Source: Candidatus Cloacimonadota bacterium (GTDB taxonomy: Bacteria; Cloacimonadota; Cloacimonadia; Cloacimonadales; TCS61). Taken from it: a stretch of DNA of 64,000 nt. The stretch lies in contig JAGYMQ010000145.1 of NCBI GenBank assembly GCA_018400535.1, positions 10,864 through 74,863 of the forward strand, read 5' to 3'. A program made the translations under genes and the position numbers. The number at the start of each line of letters is the position of its first letter. Positions within the stretch are counted from its first letter, which is position 1. The notes under the pieces were generated by a model. It ran no database searches and was not told the DNA's origin. It saw only the letters and a list, made by a program, of their open reading frames with translations. Below are positions 29,332 to 39,008 of this stretch, in pieces.

Positions 29332-30506
29332 TTAGATAATTTCCGCATAAATGCCGGTATTTCAATTTGACTATCTGAATTTATTTTATGTTGTCTTTTA
29401 CCATTTTGGATTTGGTATGGCTCTGATTTTTTAATGCGACGAATAGTATCACGAAGTTCCTGGGAATCTTCTTCATCTTCTGTAGTCTTTTGGTTTTGTT
29501 CAATTTCTTTTTTTTCCTGATATTTTTCCTGCTTCGAGCCCAAACCAGCAGCAATGAGCGTTACCCGGATCTTACCCTGCATCTCTTTATCCATCACGAC
29601 TCCATAAATGCGATGCTCGTCTTCATTGTTTCCTTCTCCTGTTTTGGAGATGATATGCGTGGTGATCTGATTGAATTCACTCATTTTGAAATCTTCATCG
29701 GCAGTGATATTCACTAAAACGCCTTTGGCATTTTCAATATTGATATCTGCCAGCAAAGGATTGTTTATCGCTCTGTCAAGAGCATCGAGTGCCCGATTAT
29801 CGCCTTCACCCAAACCGACTCCCATCAGAGCAGTGCCTTTATTTTTCAAAACTGTTTGCACATCTGCGAAATCGACATTGATATATCCGCTGTGGTGAAT
29901 GATATCGGTGATCGCTTTTGCTGCTTCATAGAGAATATTATTTGCTTGATTGAAGGCATTGAGAAATGTTATTTCTTCTGACATTTCATTCAATTTGTCA
30001 TTGGAAACCACTAAAATCGTATCGACAAGATTTTTCAATTTTTTCAATCCTTGGTTGGCATTTGCCATTCTTTTTGTTCCTTCGCTTTTGAAAGGAGTAT
30101 TGGCGATCCCGATCGTGAGAATTTCCATTTCTTTTGCCAGAGCTGCGATGACTGGAGCCGCGCCTGTTCCTGTGCCGCCTCCCAAACCGGCTGCAATAAA
30201 TAGCAAGTCTGCTCCTTTGATGTGATTTCTGATCAATTCACGAGATTCTTCTGCTGCTTTTCTACCTTTTTCAGGATCAGAGCCAGCACCCAGACCTTTC
30301 GCAGTTTCTTTCCCCAATTGCAATTTCACTTTTGCCTGGGATTTTTTCAGATCGGCGATATTGGTATTTGCTGCTATGAATTCGATACCTTTCAGATTGT
30401 TTGTAATCATTGCATCGATGGCATTGCCACCAGCTCCACCTACTCCAATCAATTTTATATTAGTGCCAAATTGGAATTCATCCTGGTTAAGATCGAGTTC
30501 TAACAT
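29328..30506 (-). CDS. ftsZ: cell division GTPase FtsZ
   Basis: IKLIGVGGAGGNAIDAMI, tubulin signature GLGGGTGTGAAPVIA, and the C-terminal conserved peptide IEIPAFMRKL. Confidence 0.97.
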   Translation of the reverse strand: MLELDLNQDEFQFGTNIKLIGVGGAGGNAIDAMITNNLKGIEFIAANTNIADLKKSQAKVKLQLGKETAKGLGAGSDPEKGRKAAEESRELIRNHIKGADLLFIAAGLGGGTGTGAAPVIAALAKEMEILTIGIANTPFKSEGTKRMANANQGLKKLKNLVDTILVVSNDKLNEMSEEITFLNAFNQANNILYEAAKAITDIIHHSGYINVDFADVQTVLKNKGTALMGVGLGEGDNRALDALDRAINNPLLADINIENAKGVLVNITADEDFKMSEFNQITTHIISKTGEGNNEDEHRIYGVVMDKEMQGKIRVTLIAAGLGSKQEKYQEKKEIEQNQKTTEDEEDSQELRDTIRRIKKSEPYQIQNGKRQHKINSDSQIEIPAFMRKLSN

Positions 30507-30527
30507 ATTTATTTCCTCCTTAAGAGA

Positions 30528-31793
30528 TTATGAAAAATCCTTAAAAAAATCTGCTATCTTTTTGAAAAAGTTCATGATCGGGTCAGAATATTTATATTTT
30601 AATATCTTATCATCTTTTTCTTGTAATGCATCATAAGATTGCAATAATATCCCGACAACAGTAGAATATTTTGGATTATCCAATTGTTCTGTTGCTCCTG
30701 ACAATCTTTCTAAAAAAGGATAACCGATTTTCGTGGACATATTGAAAATCTCTTCTGCCAGTTTCTCTGTGCCTGATAGCAATGATGCTCCTCCAGTTAA
30801 AGTTAAGCCAGCCGTGATACACGAAAGGTCATATTTTTCGCTTAAAAGTTTGTAGGAATTTTCAAAGATCTCACGCATCCGTGCTTCGATTATTTCAGAA
30901 ATGTAGCGCAGTTTCCGCTTTTTACCAATTCTGCCAGCGATTCCGTCAATATCCACCATTTCATCTTTGGGCACCAGTTTTGCCAGAGAAGAACCTTGAT
31001 TGATCTTTATATCTTCTGCATCTTTTGGAGAAGTGTGCATTCCGATCGCAATATCTTGAGTGATATTGGTTCCACCTAAAGGGATAACAGCGCTGAACCG
31101 AATACTATCTTTAAAGAAAACAGCGATATCTGTTGTTCCACCACCGATATCAATAATAATCGAGCCCAGATCTCTTTCCACTTCGTTCAAAACTGATTTG
31201 GAAGAAGCTATCGGTTCTAAAAAGATCTCTTGTGTTTTATATCCGGCTAGTTCTACACATTTTGCAATATTACGCAGAGAGTTTCCATCTGCCATCACGA
31301 TATGGACATACACAGAAAGATTGAATCCGCTCATATTCAGAGGATTCATAATACCTTTCTGATCATCGATCTGATAATATTGCGGGATCGCATGAATAAT
31401 TTCCAGTCTTTCGTTTCCCTGCTGCAGTTTAACGTTGTTTTTGGAATTTGTGATCGCATCATCGATATGTTCCTGAGTGATCTCGCAAGATTGAGAACCA
31501 GAGGTTAATGATATTCTACCTAAGGTATTCTGGCTCTTGATATGCTCACCAGCGATTCCGACATAAATGTTCTTCGCTTTCAGATTTGATTGTGCCTCTG
31601 CTTCACCTATTGCTGATTTTATCGAATCTGCAGCTTTCATAATGTCGATCACGATACCATTTTTCAAACCTTTGGATGGACTTGTGCCGATTCCTTTCAC
31701 TTCCAAGGAATTGTCTTCATTAATCTGTGCGATCAGAACGCAGATCTTTGTCGTTCCGATGTCTATCGCTGTAATTGTGAATCCACTTTTCAT
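30528..31793 (-). CDS. ftsA: cell division protein FtsA
   Basis: Actin-like ATPase: TAIDIGTTKICVLIA, IIDIGGGTTDIAVF, LTLTGGASLL. It sits between ftsQ and ftsZ. Confidence 0.93.
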   Translation of the reverse strand: MKSGFTITAIDIGTTKICVLIAQINEDNSLEVKGIGTSPSKGLKNGIVIDIMKAADSIKSAIGEAEAQSNLKAKNIYVGIAGEHIKSQNTLGRISLTSGSQSCEITQEHIDDAITNSKNNVKLQQGNERLEIIHAIPQYYQIDDQKGIMNPLNMSGFNLSVYVHIVMADGNSLRNIAKCVELAGYKTQEIFLEPIASSKSVLNEVERDLGSIIIDIGGGTTDIAVFFKDSIRFSAVIPLGGTNITQDIAIGMHTSPKDAEDIKINQGSSLAKLVPKDEMVDIDGIAGRIGKKRKLRYISEIIEARMREIFENSYKLLSEKYDLSCITAGLTLTGGASLLSGTEKLAEEIFNMSTKIGYPFLERLSGATEQLDNPKYSTVVGILLQSYDALQEKDDKILKYKYSDPIMNFFKKIADFFKDFS

Positions 31794-32545
31794 TGATCCT
31801 CCGTTTTGATCACAAGCTTGTCAGAAAATCTGAGATCGATGATCTGTCCTGTATGATAGGGTCGATTATCTTCAATTTTGCGATATTTTTGCAGCTGATA
31901 ACAAATTTCTTCATCTTCCCCAAAAATGATGCGATGCCCGTTATTTGCATTGATCAGGTTCAACGTGTTATTCTTGATAACATATTCAGAAATTTGATCG
32001 GCAAAAATTTCATCGTGGGTGCGGATGATCTTTTCCAATTCAAAGATCTTTTTCACGAAAGGATTATCAATTTTTGCTCCGATCTTGAGATATTTTGCGC
32101 TGATATCAGTTGTTATGATCGGAAGGTCTTCAGCATAGGAAAAATTATTATCCAGAATTTCTCTTTCTTTTGAGATTGGACAAATTTCTCCCTCTTTGCT
32201 TCGGATATAGAATTTAGCTACTTTTTCTTCGATCTTGATCTTTAATTTATCAGGCAGAATTCGTGAAATTTTGATTTTTTTCATGCGAGGGATATTTTCA
32301 TATTTCTGGAATATCTCCGCTTTGGTTAAAGCATAAAGATTTTTGTTCAAACAATCTTGAGAAAGATTTCGCAGAAATTCTGTTTCCAGATTTTCGTTGC
32401 CGACGATTTCGATTTCTTTCACAGTGAAAAGATCCCATTTTGTAATGATCGCTTTGATCCCGCTGTAGATGCCGAAGATGATCAGCAATCCAAATAATAG
32501 GTAAAAGAAATAGCGACTGGAACCATTTCTAACGTGTTTCATCAA
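31790..32545 (-). CDS. ftsQ: cell division protein FtsQ (POTRA domain)
   Basis: 251 aa with a single N-terminal TM helix, followed by a POTRA-like FTVKEIEIVGNENL segment. Position is murB-ftsQ-ftsA. Confidence 0.75.
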   Translation of the reverse strand: MMKHVRNGSSRYFFYLLFGLLIIFGIYSGIKAIITKWDLFTVKEIEIVGNENLETEFLRNLSQDCLNKNLYALTKAEIFQKYENIPRMKKIKISRILPDKLKIKIEEKVAKFYIRSKEGEICPISKEREILDNNFSYAEDLPIITTDISAKYLKIGAKIDNPFVKKIFELEKIIRTHDEIFADQISEYVIKNNTLNLINANNGHRIIFGEDEEICYQLQKYRKIEDNRPYHTGQIIDLRFSDKLVIKTEDQ

Positions 32546-33414
32546 TTCACGATCCTGATTTCCAATTTTAGCAGTTGATTAAATTTTTTATAAACTTCTT
32601 CTTGAATAAGATCGATCAATTCCATTACATTTTTAAATTTTGCTTTTCCCTTATTGATGATAAAGTTTGCATGTTTTTCGCTGATCTGAGCATCACCAGA
32701 AGCAGTTCCTTTCAATCCGCATTCTTCGATGAGATGAGCAGCAGTTGTGTTTGGCGGATTGCGAAAAGTGCTTCCCAAACTGGGATAATCATAGGGATGG
32801 CGGGATTTGCGAATAGCCATGATCTTCTTGATTTCTCCATCGATCTCGTCTATTGGTTTTGGGTCCAAAATAAATTTTACGCGGGTGATATAATCTCTGA
32901 TCGACGTGCGGCGATAATCAAATTTGAGATCATCTTTGCTATAAGTGACGATCTGACCATTTTCATTGATCATTTCCACCAGATCGATATATTGTGAGAT
33001 CTCTTTACCGAAAGCGCCAGCATTCATTTTGACCGCACCACCGATTTGAGCTGGGATTCCTGTCAGAAATTCCAAGCCACCCAGAGTCGAATTCTGCATT
33101 TTTTCCATAAATTTTTGCAAAGGATAATTTGCCGTGACCCATACTTCATTACCATTCAACTCAATTTTTTTTGGAAGCTTGCGATCTGCTACCATAAAAC
33201 GATTTCTTGTGTTTCCGAATAAAATGTTGGAAGCTCCACCGATCGGCACTAATTTGCGGTGTTCATCTCGTGCTTCCAAAATGACTGCTCTTAATTCTGA
33301 TATTTTACGAGGAGTAAATAAATAATTCGTTTTTTGTCCGATCTTGATATGTGAATATCGCGACAAAGAGCATTTTGAAGTGATTGTTCTTAATAATTGG
33401 TTTTTCATTTCCAT
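32542..33414 (-). CDS. murB: UDP-N-acetylenolpyruvoylglucosamine reductase
   Basis: GGASNILF, GIPAQIGGAVKMNAGAFGKE, PSLGSTFRNP, SEKHANFIINKG. Confidence 0.92.
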   Translation of the reverse strand: MEMKNQLLRTITSKCSLSRYSHIKIGQKTNYLFTPRKISELRAVILEARDEHRKLVPIGGASNILFGNTRNRFMVADRKLPKKIELNGNEVWVTANYPLQKFMEKMQNSTLGGLEFLTGIPAQIGGAVKMNAGAFGKEISQYIDLVEMINENGQIVTYSKDDLKFDYRRTSIRDYITRVKFILDPKPIDEIDGEIKKIMAIRKSRHPYDYPSLGSTFRNPPNTTAAHLIEECGLKGTASGDAQISEKHANFIINKGKAKFKNVMELIDLIQEEVYKKFNQLLKLEIRIVN

Positions 33415-33417
33415 AAT

Positions 33418-34794
33418 TCAACCTCTTTCAATATTTTTTTTCAAGTATTTTTCAGCATATTTATAGATGGAACCAGCTCCCATTGTGAGTACAATGTCAC
33501 CTGGTTTGATCACATCATCGATTTTTTGGATAATATCATTATTGTTTTCAATATAACAAACATTTTTGTGACCTGATTGAATAGCCGCAGCAGCGATCAT
33601 TTTGCCGCTAATGCCAGGAATTGGTTGCTCTCGAGCTGGATAGATCGGTGAGATCAGCAAGACGTCAGATTGAAAAAAAGAACGTCCAAACTCCTGATAA
33701 AAATCTCTGGTGCGGGAATAAAGATGCGGCTGGAAAACAACGACTATTCGACGATCAGTATTTTCTTTGACGCCCTTCAAAGTTGCTTCGATCTCGGTCG
33801 GATGATGAGCATAATCATCATAGAATAAAATATCGTTCACGCTTCCTTTCCATTCAAATCTGCGGAAAACGCCATTAAAATTTGCCAGTCCTTTTTCAAT
33901 GTGGGCAAAGGGAATTTCCAGTTCCAAACCGATTCCCAGTGCCAGAAGTGAATTCAAAATATTATGTTCACCCATCACGTTCAAATTTATTTTCCCCAAT
34001 TTTCTGTTTTCAAAAATTGCTGTATATCGCGATTTGAAATCTTTCATTTCAATATCACCAGCACGCAGTTTTGCCTGTTTGGAAAAGCCGTAAGTGAAAA
34101 TATCTTTCTGGATATCAGGAATGATAGACTGGATGCCTGGATCGTCCAGACAAGCGATGACGCTACCAAAGAAAGGAACTTTGTTCGCATATTCGACGAA
34201 AGCAGATTTCACGCCAGCCAGATCTTTGTAGCAATCAAGATGATCTGCTTCGATATTCGTGATGCCAGCAATGATCGGACTGAGCGTCAGAAAGGAGCGG
34301 TCAAATTCATCAGCTTCGACCACGATATATTCGCCAGAACCAAGTAAATTATTAGAGCCATAATTTTTTACTATGCCACCAACAATAACTGTCGGATCGA
34401 GATTTGCTGCAGAAAGAATGCTGCCGACCATCGAAGTTGTCGAAGTTTTTCCATGCGTGCCTGCGATGCCAATTCCATAACTCATTCGCATAATTTCAGA
34501 GAGCATTTCAGCACGGCGAATGACAGGGATCTTTTGAACAAGAGCAGCAGCAATTTCTGGATTATCATTTTGCACAGCAGAAGATTTGACGATGACATCG
34601 ACATCATTGATCAGCTTGGAATTGTGTCCTTCCACGATTTTTACGCCTTTTTTCTGCAAGTGTTTTGTGATCGGAGAAAGCTTCAGATCAGAGCCGCTGA
34701 TCACGAAACCTTGATTCAAGAGCAGCTCTGCGATCCCGCTCATTCCGATACCGCCGATGCCGACAAAATGGATCTTTTTTGTTCTACCTAACAT
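33418..34794 (-). CDS. murC: UDP-N-acetylmuramate--L-alanine ligase
   Basis: IHFVGIGGIGMSGIAELLLNQG, GIAGTHGKTSTTSM, DDYAHHPTEI. The ATG (34794-34792) abuts the TAA stop of the upstream PLD-SNF2 gene with 0 nt between them. Confidence 0.95.
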   Translation of the reverse strand: MLGRTKKIHFVGIGGIGMSGIAELLLNQGFVISGSDLKLSPITKHLQKKGVKIVEGHNSKLINDVDVIVKSSAVQNDNPEIAAALVQKIPVIRRAEMLSEIMRMSYGIGIAGTHGKTSTTSMVGSILSAANLDPTVIVGGIVKNYGSNNLLGSGEYIVVEADEFDRSFLTLSPIIAGITNIEADHLDCYKDLAGVKSAFVEYANKVPFFGSVIACLDDPGIQSIIPDIQKDIFTYGFSKQAKLRAGDIEMKDFKSRYTAIFENRKLGKINLNVMGEHNILNSLLALGIGLELEIPFAHIEKGLANFNGVFRRFEWKGSVNDILFYDDYAHHPTEIEATLKGVKENTDRRIVVVFQPHLYSRTRDFYQEFGRSFFQSDVLLISPIYPAREQPIPGISGKMIAAAAIQSGHKNVCYIENNNDIIQKIDDVIKPGDIVLTMGAGSIYKYAEKYLKKNIERG

Positions 34795-37700
34795 TTATCT
34801 GTCCTTTTTTAAAATTTCACCACAAACAAATTCTATCGGTTCAGATTTGTTTTGTGATTCTGATATAATTTCTGCCAGTTGCTCTGAATTATAAAGATAA
34901 ACTAATTCAGAAAAAAAGACATCATTATTATTCTCCAAATTAATTTTTCTTACATATTGAATTAGATGATGAGGAAAATTAACATCCAAAACCTTATTAA
35001 TCATTTCAGCATTTTCGATGAATTCTCTATTTTTAATATTTACTTTCATCAGATCCTTTATTCTAAGCTTAGCCTTTCTAATGACAGGATCGATTTTAGT
35101 TTTCTGGTTTTCACTTTTGATGCTATCTTTAAAAATTTGATTCAATTTATTAATATCTTTATAGAAATCTTCCTTTTGATTAGAACTTATTTTAGTTTCT
35201 TTTTTATTATGCTTACATCTGATTTCTGTGATAACATCTGAAAAATCTGTTTGAACATAATCACCTTTCTTAATAAATAGTTTATAAAATTCACCTGATC
35301 TGAAAAAACCATAGCTTCCATCATTTTTTTTTGCATTTTTTGATGAATGCAAACCAATCTGTAACCGTTTAATATAATCCATATACTCTGGTTTAAACTT
35401 TGCAAGTTCTTTTATTATCTGCTCAGCTTCATCGATTGTAAAATCAGTTTCTTCGGAAGCTTCCAATTCATCGATATCACGTTTATCGTAAATTGTATAT
35501 AAAGCAGATTCATTTAATCTTTCATTTTCAGTTAATATCTTTTCATCTTCACCGATATATTTATGGATTTCTTTTATTCTCTGATCTAATTTTTCTTTCA
35601 GTTTAATTTCAGATTCAACTTGAGTGACTGGAAGAAAATTTCTTATAAAAATCGTATCTGCTTCACTGCCAATTCTATCTACTCGACCAGCTCGTTGGAT
35701 CAATCTTACAGGATTCCAGTGCAGATCATAATTGATAACAGCGGAACAATCTTGAAGGTTGAAACCTTCACTTAACACATCTGTAGCTACTAAAATATCT
35801 ACAATTTTATCTCCGTTATATTCATTGGCTATGGGTGCAAAAGCACCAATTTTGGCATCGATTTGAGTACTTTGACCATTTACCAGTTCAACTTTATCGA
35901 AATCTTTTGAAAGTCGATCTGAAAGGTAATTAGTTGTATCGGCGTATTCGCTGAAGATAAGTATTTTCTTTTGATTATTATTGGTTTTTAAATCATCAAT
36001 AATCTTAGTAAGTTTATCAAATTTGGCATCATCAGAAATTGGGATATTATCCAGGAAACTGTGGACATCATTAAATATCTTCAAATCGAATTTTAAATCT
36101 TCTACAAGTTTATCAATGTTAAAATCATCAGTTTTATATTCATTTTCCAATTCTTCTACTTTCTTTAAAACTTCTTTCAATTCATTACGATAGATTATTT
36201 CCTGGATTTTTTCACCGGCAGGAACAATCTGTTTATCTTCGATGATACGAATAAATTTAGTATGAATATCGATCAAATTCAAAATACTGATCCTGAAAGC
36301 ATGAATCGAACTTTCTAATCTTTTGAACAAATTTATTTTATGAAAAACCCTTAAAGTATTAATTACTTTCTTCAGCTGAAAATAAGGCTCAATTTCCTGT
36401 TTGTCTTCAATAACATATTTCCAAAGATTATAGCGTGAATATGTTAATTTCTGTAATAACTTTTGAATTTGAGAATAAAGGTTGTGATAGGTTGTGTTGA
36501 TATTGTAAGTTTCTGTTCTTAATTCTCTCTTGGGGAAAGTTATCTGATAATCATCATTAACATAAAACTGCTTTATGTGCTTTCTAGTTCTTCGGATAAC
36601 CATATATTTCAACAATTCCGGCAATCTATATTCACCGTTTTCCACTTTTGTGAATAAATTCCTGAGGTGTGGCTCTTCCAAATTATTGGGGAAGATGTTT
36701 TCCTCTGATTGGTGGAACAATTTGATCTGATTATATATATTCCAGGGAGAAGTATTCTGAGGTGTAGCTGTCATCAATATTACTTGTTTGCCGATGAGGA
36801 AAGGCTGTAGTTCTCGATACATTTTAGTATCATTATTTCTAAAATGGTGGCTCTCATCAATTAAAACAACATCTCTGCTTTCGAATTTCTTTAAAATGCT
36901 GTTGTTATCGTAAATTCCACGATAAAGCATTCCGCGTGAAATTACTACAGCATCAAATTGGAATTTTTCTTTGAAACGATCCCACATTTCGATAAGACCA
37001 GGAGGTGAGATTATCAGCGCACGCTTGTTAAGATGTTTCAATAAACCTGCACCAATGAAAGATTTACCCAGACCAACCACATCACAGATAAAAACACCAT
37101 TATATTTTTGCAGCCATTCATTTGCCTGCATGACAGCAACTTTTTGGAAAGGGAAAAGATGCGGCATATTATCCCAGTTCCAGATCGTGGAAGATTTTCT
37201 TTCCAATGAAAACTTGGTAAGGTGATAAAGTGTAAATATGTAAATGTCATAAGGACTGATCGTCTTGAGTGCCCAGGAATTTTCGATAATTTTCTGCATG
37301 GAATCAGCAAAGGGAACAGCTTCTTTCCAAATGTCATCAAACCATTTGTTTAATTCTTCGTAATTTTTTTGACCTCGTACATAAGTATTAAGTTCAGTAT
37401 TGTGATAAAAACCACTCATGGTGAGATTGGACGAACCCACAACGGCAATTCCTTCTGAGCCGGAAGCAGTAGCAATATTTTGTTTGTATTTAAAAATATA
37501 AGCTTTGGCATGCAGCGGATATTTCGTGTAAACTTTTACTTCCAGTTTCTTGGATTTAACGAGTTCTACTAATTTCTGAATTTCTTTTTGTCTTTTAACT
37601 GAATGGGGAAGTGCTTGAATATTTTGAGTAATTTTCTGTTTGATCTCGTTTTTAAAATTCTCTTTATCGATATTTCTCTGATATTTCAATTTTGCCTGAG

Positions 37701-37944
37701 TTTCTTCCAGTTCATCCGGATGCAGAGTTTCTGCCAGTGCTTCCATTAACTGCTGATTCAAGTTTGAACCGATAAGAATCTTCGCACCATCTAACTCCTC
37801 CAGATTCTCAGAAATTTGATAGAAACCGGAAAGGTAAAGATATCCCACAGCAAATTTAACCTTTTCGCTTCCTGCCAACATGTCGTTGACTACATCTTTC
37901 AAAAACAGTTTTCTATTATCGATTATATCTGATCTACCTACCAT
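34795..37944 (-). CDS. PLD-family nuclease domain fused to SNF2/SF2 helicase (putative restriction/effector subunit)
   Basis: A single HKD motif, PLHAKAYIFKY...VVGSSNLTMSG (aa 143-177). Helicase motifs are I CDVVGLGKS (aa 287-295), II VLIDESHHF (aa 360-368), III LMTATPQN, V/VI VATDVLSEGFNLQD...NYDLHWNPVRLIQRAGRVDRIGS. About 300 aa at the C-terminus are unassigned. Confidence 0.85.
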   Translation of the reverse strand: MVGRSDIIDNRKLFLKDVVNDMLAGSEKVKFAVGYLYLSGFYQISENLEELDGAKILIGSNLNQQLMEALAETLHPDELEETQAKLKYQRNIDKENFKNEIKQKITQNIQALPHSVKRQKEIQKLVELVKSKKLEVKVYTKYPLHAKAYIFKYKQNIATASGSEGIAVVGSSNLTMSGFYHNTELNTYVRGQKNYEELNKWFDDIWKEAVPFADSMQKIIENSWALKTISPYDIYIFTLYHLTKFSLERKSSTIWNWDNMPHLFPFQKVAVMQANEWLQKYNGVFICDVVGLGKSFIGAGLLKHLNKRALIISPPGLIEMWDRFKEKFQFDAVVISRGMLYRGIYDNNSILKKFESRDVVLIDESHHFRNNDTKMYRELQPFLIGKQVILMTATPQNTSPWNIYNQIKLFHQSEENIFPNNLEEPHLRNLFTKVENGEYRLPELLKYMVIRRTRKHIKQFYVNDDYQITFPKRELRTETYNINTTYHNLYSQIQKLLQKLTYSRYNLWKYVIEDKQEIEPYFQLKKVINTLRVFHKINLFKRLESSIHAFRISILNLIDIHTKFIRIIEDKQIVPAGEKIQEIIYRNELKEVLKKVEELENEYKTDDFNIDKLVEDLKFDLKIFNDVHSFLDNIPISDDAKFDKLTKIIDDLKTNNNQKKILIFSEYADTTNYLSDRLSKDFDKVELVNGQSTQIDAKIGAFAPIANEYNGDKIVDILVATDVLSEGFNLQDCSAVINYDLHWNPVRLIQRAGRVDRIGSEADTIFIRNFLPVTQVESEIKLKEKLDQRIKEIHKYIGEDEKILTENERLNESALYTIYDKRDIDELEASEETDFTIDEAEQIIKELAKFKPEYMDYIKRLQIGLHSSKNAKKNDGSYGFFRSGEFYKLFIKKGDYVQTDFSDVITEIRCKHNKKETKISSNQKEDFYKDINKLNQIFKDSIKSENQKTKIDPVIRKAKLRIKDLMKVNIKNREFIENAEMINKVLDVNFPHHLIQYVRKINLENNNDVFFSELVYLYNSEQLAEIISESQNKSEPIEFVCGEILKKDR

Positions 37945-39008
37945 AATTTACCTTCCTCGATTTGGGAAACAAGATGCCAGTAATAAAATGCTTCGGGTGA
38001 AATTGGCTTGAGTTTATTCAATATCTTATATTTACCAACAATAGTAGTTTTTTTAATTTCATCAAGGTTTGAAGATTCTTCTCTAATTTTTGATAAATCT
38101 ATCTCTTTATTTTTTAAGATAATTGATGCTAAAAATGCTATTTTTGCAGTAGGAAGTTTTGCCTGATCAATCGAAAATGTTCTACTTAGCAAATAATTAA
38201 TTATATTTCTGCACCCAAATCTTAAAATATCTAATTGTTTATTTTTTAAAGAACCACGAAAACCTGATTGTGAGATCAAATATGATGTTTCGATGGAATC
38301 TTTTAAACAGGCTTCAATGGGATAGTTTTCTTTATTTAACTCACACTCGAAATTGTAAGAAGATTCGTAAGAAGCTTTTATTAACTGAATGTCCTTGGCA
38401 ATGTCAAACAGATTGGAGATATCAAACAGTTGTTTTATGATTCCAACTTTCCTGCTATTACTTTTATCATCAAAAGGTATCCCAATAGTATTTGGAGCAA
38501 ATGCTGCCAATTTATCTGCTAATAAAGATTCAAGGGATGGAATAATGACATTGTATTTTCTATTAGTTTCAAAAAAGGGAGTTTCAATTATCTTGGATTG
38601 AATACTTGGGAAATTGTGTTTCTTTAAAACTATATCCAATAAAATGTTTTGTGCTTCAGAATTGAATACTGAGGAATAATAGAATTTATAGTGTTTTATT
38701 AATTCGTTCTGATTTTCTCGCTTATCCTCTTCAATATTTATGAATCTGGAATTTTCAGATAAAGACATCAGTTTTGAAATATCAATTTTACCTACAATGT
38801 CTATATCTATGGATAACCTGGTTGGCTCTGGTAAAACTAATAATAAAGATGTACCACCTTTAAAGACAAAATCAAAGCCATGCTCAGTTAGTAATGATAA
38901 AAGTTCAAAGGCATAAATAGTCTTTTCTACATACTCTGAATTAGCTTTTTTATATTTTTTCCTAAAACCTTGAATGAATTCTTTTGTAAAATAAACTTCT
39001 TTTATCAT
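37938..39008 (-). CDS. AbiEii/DUF1814-type nucleotidyltransferase (type IV TA toxin-like)
   Basis: 356 aa with N-terminal FVFKGGTSLLLVLPEPTRLSIDIDIVG. This matches the GG[ST]...[DS]xD pol-beta NTase signature of the AbiEii family. ATGA overlap with the upstream AbiEi-like gene. Confidence 0.75.
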   Translation of the reverse strand: MIKEVYFTKEFIQGFRKKYKKANSEYVEKTIYAFELLSLLTEHGFDFVFKGGTSLLLVLPEPTRLSIDIDIVGKIDISKLMSLSENSRFINIEEDKRENQNELIKHYKFYYSSVFNSEAQNILLDIVLKKHNFPSIQSKIIETPFFETNRKYNVIIPSLESLLADKLAAFAPNTIGIPFDDKSNSRKVGIIKQLFDISNLFDIAKDIQLIKASYESSYNFECELNKENYPIEACLKDSIETSYLISQSGFRGSLKNKQLDILRFGCRNIINYLLSRTFSIDQAKLPTAKIAFLASIILKNKEIDLSKIREESSNLDEIKKTTIVGKYKILNKLKPISPEAFYYWHLVSQIEEGKLW

